From assembly GCA_963819655.1 (NCBI GenBank), contig CAWFXA010000001.1, positions 128,001 to 192,000 of the forward strand: a DNA stretch of 64,000 nt, in the 5' to 3' direction. Origin of the DNA: an uncultured Chloroflexia bacterium. Its GTDB lineage: Bacteria > Chloroflexota > Limnocylindria > Limnocylindrales > CSP1-4. Positions 57,502 to 64,000 of this stretch are shown here, one piece after another; the stretch's first letter is position 1; each line of letters opens with the position of its first letter. The translations under genes and the position numbers were made by a program. Under the pieces are notes generated by a model. It was given only the letters and a program-made list of their open reading frames with translations, did not search any database and was not told the DNA's origin.

Positions 57502-58859
57502 CGCATCGCGACGATCTCGACCGCCTCCTCTCCGTGTGGCTCGACGATCCGTACACGCCGCCCGCTCCGCACTACCTCGGACGCGTTCTGGAGCGGACCC
57601 GGCACACCCGGCAGCGAGCGGCCTGGGCCAGCCTCGAAAGGTGGATTCCCATGGCTGACAAAGTCCTCCAACCGACGACGGCACGGCCTCTGCGGATGGC
57701 CTGGCTCCTGATCCTCGCGTTGATCGTGCTGGCCGTCGCTGCCGTTGTTGCGGTCGTGGGGTCTCGACTCCTCGCGCCGACTCCTGTCATACCCCAAGGC
57801 GGCTCTGCCGTCTTCGTGTACGGCACGATCGTCGGTGACGCCGGCGGCGACATCTATCTCGCGCGAGCGGACGGCACTGATGTACGCCGGCTCACAAGCG
57901 GGCCCGGGCTCGAATCCACCCCAACGTGGTCGCCCGATGGCACGCGCATCGCCTACCGCGCCTGGGAGGGCGGGACCGATTCCATCGTCGTCATGGACGG
58001 TGGCGGCGGAAACTCGACGACACTGGCCACGACCCCTGCGTCCGCGTCGTACTGCGCGCGAGGCGACCTTACATGGTCGCCGGACGGCACGAGTCTCGTC
58101 TTCCAGACCAGCCCGGTGTGCGACATGACCTTTGAGCTTTTCATCGTGCCGACCGACGGGTCGTCAGCGGCGAAGAGGCTGCTGGTTCCGGGTCTGGAGA
58201 GCCGTTCAGCCGACTGGTCGCCCGACGGGAAGCGCATCGCCTTCCTGGGGAGGGATGCGGCCGGTAGCGTCGGCCACTACGTTGTCGATGCAGGCGATGC
58301 CCTGGGAGGCGGGCTTCAGGCACGTCGGATCCTGGCCGCGCGCGGCGTTGATTTTCCTAACGCCGCGGGAGCCTGGTGGTCGCCCGACGGGACCGAGCTC
58401 GCGCTCGCCTCCGACACGGGGGACATCGTCGTGGTCAAACCCGATGGCTCGGAGCCGCGGGTCGTTGCCGAAACAGCCTTCAATCCCGCGTGGTCACCCG
58501 ACGGGCGACGGCTTGCCTTCCACCGTACCGTCGACCCCTCGGAGTACTTCGAGGGTGTGGCATGTACCGCTCGCACCTGGGTCGTCGACGCAGACGGCAC
58601 CAACGAACGTCGGCTCGATCCGTTGGTGTTGGGTTGTGGAGGGGCGCCGGTGTGGTCGCCCGACGGGACGCGACTCGCGAGTCTTCTGATCGTGCCGACA
58701 CCGGATGACCCGAATCTCGGGTTGCACTACGGGGTGGTCACCGTCGACGGTAGCGATCCACAGGTAGCCCTTCAGGATGGTGGTGCCGGATCCTGGCAGC
58801 CCGTCGTCGCGCCGATCCCACCGGCGCCCTCGTCTGGGGCGGCCGCCCCGAGCGAGTGA
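57498..58859 (+). CDS. Putative anti-sigma factor: short cytoplasmic N-terminus, TM helix, extracellular PD40/TolB-like beta-propeller
   Basis: Six WSPDG repeats; ATGA overlap with the sigma gene. Confidence 0.8.
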   Translation: MTHRDDLDRLLSVWLDDPYTPPAPHYLGRVLERTRHTRQRAAWASLERWIPMADKVLQPTTARPLRMAWLLILALIVLAVAAVVAVVGSRLLAPTPVIPQGGSAVFVYGTIVGDAGGDIYLARADGTDVRRLTSGPGLESTPTWSPDGTRIAYRAWEGGTDSIVVMDGGGGNSTTLATTPASASYCARGDLTWSPDGTSLVFQTSPVCDMTFELFIVPTDGSSAAKRLLVPGLESRSADWSPDGKRIAFLGRDAAGSVGHYVVDAGDALGGGLQARRILAARGVDFPNAAGAWWSPDGTELALASDTGDIVVVKPDGSEPRVVAETAFNPAWSPDGRRLAFHRTVDPSEYFEGVACTARTWVVDADGTNERRLDPLVLGCGGAPVWSPDGTRLASLLIVPTPDDPNLGLHYGVVTVDGSDPQVALQDGGAGSWQPVVAPIPPAPSSGAAAPSE

Positions 58860-58867
58860 CACTGACC

Positions 58868-58898
58868 CGATGACCCCGGCCTCCGGCTGGGGTCATCG
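58868..58898. terminator. Stem-loop between convergent genes
   Basis: CGATGACCCCGGCC-tcc-GGCTGGGGTCATCG. Confidence 0.6.
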
Positions 58899-58902
58899 CC
58901 AT

Positions 58903-59895
58903 TCAGTCGATCGTGAAGTGGTCCGGGTCCTGGTAGCGCCCTGTCCGCTGGAACTCGATCTGCATCAGCACGTCGTTGAGCAACGACGACGCCCCGAAGC
59001 GGAACCAGTCCGGGCTCATCCAGCGCGGACCCAGCGTCTCGTACAGGATCACCAGGTACTGGATCGCTTCCTTGGCGGTCCGGATGCCGCCGGCCGGCTT
59101 GATCCCGACCTGACGCCCCGTCGCCCGCTCGAAGTCGCGGACCGCCTCGAGCATGACCAGCGTCACCGGCATCGTGGCGGCCGGCGTGACCTTGCCGGTC
59201 GATGTCTTGATGAAGTCGGCACCGGCCGCCATGGCCAGGATCGATGCTCGCCGGACGTTGTCATAGGTCTCCAGCTCGCCGGTCTCGAGGATGACCTTGA
59301 GGTGCGCGTCACCCGAGGCCTCCTTGACCTCGACGATCTCCTCGAACACGCCGGCGTAGTCGCCGGCCAGGAACGCTCCGCGGTCGATGACCATATCGAT
59401 CTCGTCGGCGCCCGCTTCGACCGCGGCCCGCGTCTCGGCCAGCTTGATGTCGCGGAAGGTCTGGCCGCTGGGGAACCCGGTCGCGACACTGGCGACCTTC
59501 ACGCCGCTCCCCTTGAGCGCGTCCTTGGCCTCGGCGACCAAGGCCGGATAGACGCAGATCGCCGCGACCGACGGGATCGTCGGGTCGCCGGGCTTCGGAT
59601 GCATGCCCTTGACGCACAGCGCCCGCACCTTGCCGGGGGTGTCCTTCCCCTCGAGCGTCGTGAGGTCCATCATCCGGATCGCCAGGTCGAGCGCCCACAG
59701 CTTCGACGCCTTCTTGATCGACCGTCGTTTGAGCGCGTCGACGCGCGCCTCGACGCCCACCTGGTCGACGGTGCTGACGCGTCCGAGCAGGCTGCCCAGC
59801 GGATCGCCGATCGAGCGAGAGCGCCCATCCCACGCACGGATGAGCTCGTTGGCGCGCTGGCGTGCGAGCGTCTCGGGTCGCTTCGTGGCGGTCAT
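58903..59895 (-). CDS. deoC: Deoxyribose-phosphate aldolase
   Basis: MDLTTLEG, VATGFPSGQ, GADEIDMVI, LKVILETGEL, FIKTSTGK, KPAGGIR, FRFGASSLL. Confidence 0.95.
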   Translation of the reverse strand: MTATKRPETLARQRANELIRAWDGRSRSIGDPLGSLLGRVSTVDQVGVEARVDALKRRSIKKASKLWALDLAIRMMDLTTLEGKDTPGKVRALCVKGMHPKPGDPTIPSVAAICVYPALVAEAKDALKGSGVKVASVATGFPSGQTFRDIKLAETRAAVEAGADEIDMVIDRGAFLAGDYAGVFEEIVEVKEASGDAHLKVILETGELETYDNVRRASILAMAAGADFIKTSTGKVTPAATMPVTLVMLEAVRDFERATGRQVGIKPAGGIRTAKEAIQYLVILYETLGPRWMSPDWFRFGASSLLNDVLMQIEFQRTGRYQDPDHFTID

Positions 59896-60008
59896 GGGAC
59901 GGAGAGGATACCGCTAACCGCGCGGGGCACCAGGGGGGCCGCGGCCGCGGCCCGGCCGAGCGCGCGCTGCCGCTCGCTGGTCGCTCGGGTCTACCATCGA
60001 CCCGGACG

Positions 60009-60755
60009 ATGACCGACCAGCTCTCGCTCCCGCTCGACGCCACCGCGGATCGGCTGCCCGATCTGCCCGAGCTCCGCCCGATGCTGGCCCGGCCGCTCTC
60101 GGACGCCTTCGATTCGGATCAGCACCTGTTCGAGCCGTGGTGGGGAGGGACCCGCGCGCTGATCTCGATCGGACCGGGCGATCGGCCGGGCGAAGGGGAC
60201 GTGCGGGTCGTCGATGCTGACGACATCGACCGGACCGCGTCACTCCCCGAGCTGGCCGGCACGGCCGTCCGTGTCGCGGCGCGGTCGGCGATCCTCGACG
60301 GCGAGCTTGTCGTCGTCGATGCCCACGGACGGGCAGATACGGCCGCACTCGAGCAGCGCCTCGACGGCAAGGCCGGTCGGCCTGTTGCGTTCCTCGCGTT
60401 CGACCTCCTTCACCTGGACGGGCGGTCGCTGCTCGGACAGCCGCTCGTCCGACGACGCGAGGCGCTGAAGCGGATCCTTCGGCCGGGCGACGAAGTAGTT
60501 GCCGTCCCGGCGATCGCGACGGAGGGGCGTGCGCTGTTCGACGCGATCCTGGCCCAGGGCCTCGCCGGCATGATGGCCCGCCAGCGGCAGGGGCCTTACC
60601 TCCCCGGTCTGCGGAGTCGGTTGTGGCGGTTCATCCCCGCGGTCGCCGGATCGGTCCCTGCGTCGGACCTCGCGGATGCGCCGGAGGAGCCAACCTCGGC
60701 GACCGCGCCGGTCCTCGCCATGCTCAGTCGTCTACCCCTCGAAGAGGAGGCGTGA
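60009..60755 (+). CDS. ATP-dependent DNA ligase adenylation-domain homologue, apparently catalytically inactive
   Basis: PMLA, ILDGELVV, AFDLLHLDG, YLPGLRS retained; KxDG replaced by WWGG; no OB domain. Confidence 0.8.
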   Translation: MTDQLSLPLDATADRLPDLPELRPMLARPLSDAFDSDQHLFEPWWGGTRALISIGPGDRPGEGDVRVVDADDIDRTASLPELAGTAVRVAARSAILDGELVVVDAHGRADTAALEQRLDGKAGRPVAFLAFDLLHLDGRSLLGQPLVRRREALKRILRPGDEVVAVPAIATEGRALFDAILAQGLAGMMARQRQGPYLPGLRSRLWRFIPAVAGSVPASDLADAPEEPTSATAPVLAMLSRLPLEEEA

Positions 60756-60781
60756 GCGCGCGCGCCTCCGTGGGGCCGCGG

Positions 60782-62101
60782 TCAGCCCGCGCGACGGGCA
60801 GCGGCGATGAACGCCCGGATCCCCGGCCGCTGTCCGTACAGCAGCACGCCGGTGGCGTAGATCCGCACGGTGGCAACCGCGACCAGGGCGATCGTGGCCA
60901 GCAGGATGCCGACCGACAGCGCGACCTCCCACGGCTGGACGTCGCTGACCATGAGCCGCGAGAGCATCGCGAAGGGGCTGAGTGGCGGCACGAACGACAC
61001 GATGCGGCCCATCAGCCCGCCACCGCCCAGCAGCACGACCAGTGCCGAGAGGTAGCCTGCCATCGCGACCAGGCTGAGCGGGAGCGACAGCGTCTGGAGG
61101 TCGTCGGGCCGGCTCACAAACGAGCCGACCGCCGCATAGATCAGCGCAAACAGGACGAAGCCGAGCAGGAAGAACAGGCCGTATGCGGCGAGGAGGCCGA
61201 TCGTGAGGCCCCCGGTGGGCAGGCCGACTCCACCATCCCCGAGCACCGCCCGGGCGATCTCGTCCTGGAACGCGAGCACGAGCACGGCAGGCACCGCGAT
61301 CGCGACGTACTGGGTCAGGCCGGCCCCGCCGATGCCGAGGACCTTGCCGACCAGCAGCTGGCGTGGCGACGCCGCGCTGATCATCAGCTCCATGACCCGG
61401 CTGCTCTTCTCGGTCGCGACGCCCGTGGCGACCCACATCCCGTAGATCAGGATCGTGATGAACATCAGGATGATGAACACCGTGCCGAGGAAGCCGCGGC
61501 TGGCGACGACGACGGCATCGACCGCACGCCCGTCCTGGGTCGGCGCGATCAACGACTCTTGTTCGAACTTCGGCGTTCGGAACGTACCCAGGTCAGAGCC
61601 CTGCGGCAGCGAGCTCGTCCAATCGATGATGCCGACCGACAGCGCGACGAACCCCGCGAGCTGGGCCTGGACGCTATCCGCGGGCCCGTTGGTTCGGTAG
61701 GTGACCCCGAGCTGCCCGTCGGGCAGCCGGGCGACCTCGATGATCGCGTCGATCCGGCCGGCCGCGAGCTCGTGGATCGCGAACTCGCGATCGGTCTCGC
61801 GCAGGATCTCGAACGGTGGGGTCCAGTCTTCGGCGGCGACGCCGGGTGGCGGGATGTTCATGATGCCGTTCGCGGTCGCCATGGTGCCCGTCGCCAGCTG
61901 GTCGTCGTCGGCCACGATCGCGATCCGGTCGACCGTCGAACGGTCGAGGTAGCGCAGGCCGATCGGGGTGATCGCGACGCCCACCGCGAGCAACATCAGG
62001 ATCACGGTCGAGATGCGATAGAGCCTGCTGCGGACCCGGTCGACGTATTCGCGCCGGGCGACGATCAGGGCATTGGGCAGCAGCGGGTCGTGGCGCGTCA
62101 T
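60782..62101 (-). CDS. ABC-2 permease (NatB/YhaP-like)
   Basis: VARREY, GVATEKSSRVMEL, LLVGKVLG, RIYATGVL. Confidence 0.9.
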   Translation of the reverse strand: MTRHDPLLPNALIVARREYVDRVRSRLYRISTVILMLLAVGVAITPIGLRYLDRSTVDRIAIVADDDQLATGTMATANGIMNIPPPGVAAEDWTPPFEILRETDREFAIHELAAGRIDAIIEVARLPDGQLGVTYRTNGPADSVQAQLAGFVALSVGIIDWTSSLPQGSDLGTFRTPKFEQESLIAPTQDGRAVDAVVVASRGFLGTVFIILMFITILIYGMWVATGVATEKSSRVMELMISAASPRQLLVGKVLGIGGAGLTQYVAIAVPAVLVLAFQDEIARAVLGDGGVGLPTGGLTIGLLAAYGLFFLLGFVLFALIYAAVGSFVSRPDDLQTLSLPLSLVAMAGYLSALVVLLGGGGLMGRIVSFVPPLSPFAMLSRLMVSDVQPWEVALSVGILLATIALVAVATVRIYATGVLLYGQRPGIRAFIAAARRAG

Positions 62102-63045
62102 CAGGCCGCGTCCTCGGCAAGGGCGGGCTCGTCGTCATCGTCCGGCGGTCGACCGACCAGCTCGACGAAGATCGCCTCGAGGGACGGCTCGGCGACCTCG
62201 TAATGGCTGACGAGCGCGCCGCGTTCCAGGGCGGCGGCCAGAACGTCCCGGGGTTCGGTCCCAGGCCGCAGCTCGAGCTCGGCGAAGCCGGCGCCGGGCC
62301 TGACCGCCATGACCCCATCGATCGATGTCAGCCAGGTCGGCAGGATCTCGCCCTCCACGCCAAGCCGCACGGTCCGCGCCCGCGATCGGCGTTTCAGGTC
62401 CGCCAGCGTGCCACCTGCCACGAGCCGGCCGTGGTCGATGATCGCTAGCGACTCGCACAGGGCTTCGGCCGCCTCCATCTGGTGGGTCGAGAAGACGATG
62501 GTGCGACCCTCGTCCCGCAGCTCGACGAAGGCGTCGCGCAGGAGCGAGAGGTTGACCGGGTCCAGCCCTGTGAACGGCTCGTCCATGAGCAGGACGTCGG
62601 GTCCGTGCAGGATCGCGGCGATGAACTGGACCTTCTGCTGGTTGCCCTTGCTGAGCTCCTCGGCGCGGCGATGGGCGAGATCCGGGATGCGGAAGCGCTC
62701 GAGCCACACGTGCGCGTTCTTGCGTGCCTGGTCGGCCGACTCGCCGTACAGCCTGGCGAAATAGACGAGCTGGTCGATGACGCTCAGGCGCGGATACAGC
62801 CCGCGCTCCTCCGGCAGGTAGCCGAAGGTCCGTCTCGGCAAGTCCGAGGCGTGCGTGCCCTGCCAGCGGACCTCGCCCTCATCGGCATGGATGATCCCGA
62901 GGCAGATGCGCATGGTCGTCGTCTTGCCGGCACCATTGGCGCCGAGAAAACCGAAGATCCGGCCGCGGGGCACGCTGAACGACAATGCGTCGAGCGCGAC
63001 GGTCTGGCCGAACCGCTTCGTGACGCGGTCGATGTCAAGGGTCAT
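62101..63045 (-). CDS. ABC transporter ATP-binding protein (YhaQ-like)
   Basis: GANGAGKTT, GYLPEERGLY, LSKGNQQK, MDEPFTGLDP. Confidence 0.92.
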   Translation of the reverse strand: MTLDIDRVTKRFGQTVALDALSFSVPRGRIFGFLGANGAGKTTTMRICLGIIHADEGEVRWQGTHASDLPRRTFGYLPEERGLYPRLSVIDQLVYFARLYGESADQARKNAHVWLERFRIPDLAHRRAEELSKGNQQKVQFIAAILHGPDVLLMDEPFTGLDPVNLSLLRDAFVELRDEGRTIVFSTHQMEAAEALCESLAIIDHGRLVAGGTLADLKRRSRARTVRLGVEGEILPTWLTSIDGVMAVRPGAGFAELELRPGTEPRDVLAAALERGALVSHYEVAEPSLEAIFVELVGRPPDDDDEPALAEDAA

Positions 63046-63124
63046 CGCGCCGGAGGATAGTCCCCACGGGCACCCTTCGCCGCTGGGCCGATGGTCCCGG
63101 TCCGGGTCGGCCCCAAGCCCCCGG

Positions 63125-63294
63125 CGCATCGTGTCCGCACGAATGCGCCGAAATCGGCGCATCTCCGGTCGAGATCGACGACTTCGTGCACGAAACCCCC
63201 CGCATGGGTCGCCCGCGACCCTGCGGCACGCTCGGGACGCCCGCCCTTCGACGTGTGATGCAACGAAATCGGCGCATTCACGCGGGGAGATGCG
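63125..63294. repeat. About 170-bp imperfect palindromic intergenic element
   Basis: Arms 63125-63173 and 63247-63294 are imperfect reverse complements; both contain CGAAATCGGCGCAT. Confidence 0.65.
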
Positions 63295-63334
63295 ACTCGG
63301 ACAGGGCCGTGACCCGTGGTGCGACAATCCACGC

Positions 63335-63745
63335 GTGACCCAGATGGCGACAGGCCCCGCGACGACTCCGACCCGCATCCACGCGGATCGGGCTGCCGGC
63401 ACGCTCGCGATCGACTGGGCCGACGGGCACGTCACCGTGTACGGCTTCGAGCCGTTGCGCTGGCTGTGCCCCTGCGCATACTGCCGCGGGGAGGCGGGCA
63501 TGCCCGGCTGGCTCGACAGCGCCCCTACCCTGACGCCGGAGCAGACGGCCCTCACGGACCTCCATCTCGTCGGCAACTACGCGGTCTCGCCGCATTGGGC
63601 CGACGGCCACAAGACGGGCTACTACCCGTTCCGGCTGCTACGCGATCGGTGCCCCTGCCCTGCGTGCACGAGCCGCCGCGAGCTCGAGGGCCAGGGCGCC
63701 ATGCCCACACCGGCACCCGCCGGCACACACGAGGAACACAGATGA
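63335..63745 (+). CDS. DUF971 (GBBH N-terminal-like) metal/Fe-S-binding protein
   Basis: LAIDWADGH, LRWLCPCAYC, VGNYAV, WADGHKTGYY, RCPCPAC. Confidence 0.85.
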   Translation: MTQMATGPATTPTRIHADRAAGTLAIDWADGHVTVYGFEPLRWLCPCAYCRGEAGMPGWLDSAPTLTPEQTALTDLHLVGNYAVSPHWADGHKTGYYPFRLLRDRCPCPACTSRRELEGQGAMPTPAPAGTHEEHR

Positions 63746-64000
63746 TCGTCGTCACGACCCCCTACCTCGCCGGCCATCGCATCGTGGACAGCAAGGGCAT
63801 GGTCTTCGGGCTGGTCGTCCGGAGCCGCGGGCTCGGCGGCAACATCATGGCCGGACTCCGCTCCCTGGGCGGCGGCGAGATCCACGAGTACACGAGCCTG
63901 CTGGAGGACACTCGCCGCCAGGCGCTCGACCGGCTCGTCCGCAACGCCACGATGGTCGGTGCCAACGCGATCCTGTCGATGCGTTTCGACTCCTCCGAGC
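63742..64000 (+). CDS. YbjQ/UPF0145 family protein (partial, runs off window end)
   Basis: MIVVTTPYLAGHRIVDSKGMVFGLVVRSRG...LRSLGGGEIHEYT...GANAILSMRFDSS. Confidence 0.88.
   Translation, partial: MIVVTTPYLAGHRIVDSKGMVFGLVVRSRGLGGNIMAGLRSLGGGEIHEYTSLLEDTRRQALDRLVRNATMVGANAILSMRFDSSE

Noticed and set aside
159-63576. Many long alternative-frame ORFs (e.g. 159..1247, 3862..6381, 17133..19502, 24782..26944, 30711..32762)
   Set aside because: Arg/Pro/Gly-rich shadow ORFs antisense to or overlapping well-supported genes, as expected at this GC content
1-64000. tRNA, rRNA, tmRNA, RNase P, known riboswitches, prophage or IS elements
   Set aside because: No recognisable signatures by eye; a covariance-model scan would be needed to exclude them formally

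Overview
This is a high-GC, gene-dense chromosomal window. Gene content and style suggest Chloroflexota, probably Limnocylindria/Ellin6529-like (inference only). Most of it is core or housekeeping: partial aceE, pncA, a flap exonuclease, nucleoside salvage genes (mtnP, add, deoC, a split ALDH16-like pair), an F420 island (cofD-cofC-cofE plus PPOX and LLM enzymes), trxB, argC-J-B-R-G with tandem ARG boxes, a detached argH, and many ABC/MFS/DMT transporters. I recognised no rRNA, tRNA, CRISPR array, transposase or integrase. About nine single-base frameshifts in otherwise intact genes look like long-read errors. Best candidates for something new: (1) a compact five-gene operon (methyltransferase, FAD oxidoreductase, Nudix, SRPBCC cyclase, lone FabF-like ketosynthase; no CLF or ACP) that resembles alkylresorcinol/alkylquinone clusters with the type III PKS replaced by KS plus cyclase; (2) a DNA-ligase adenylation-domain homologue that has lost its catalytic lysines; (3) several long imperfect palindromic intergenic elements, including an 85-bp inverted pair bracketing a DUF4395 gene; (4) pervasive leaderless promoter architecture.
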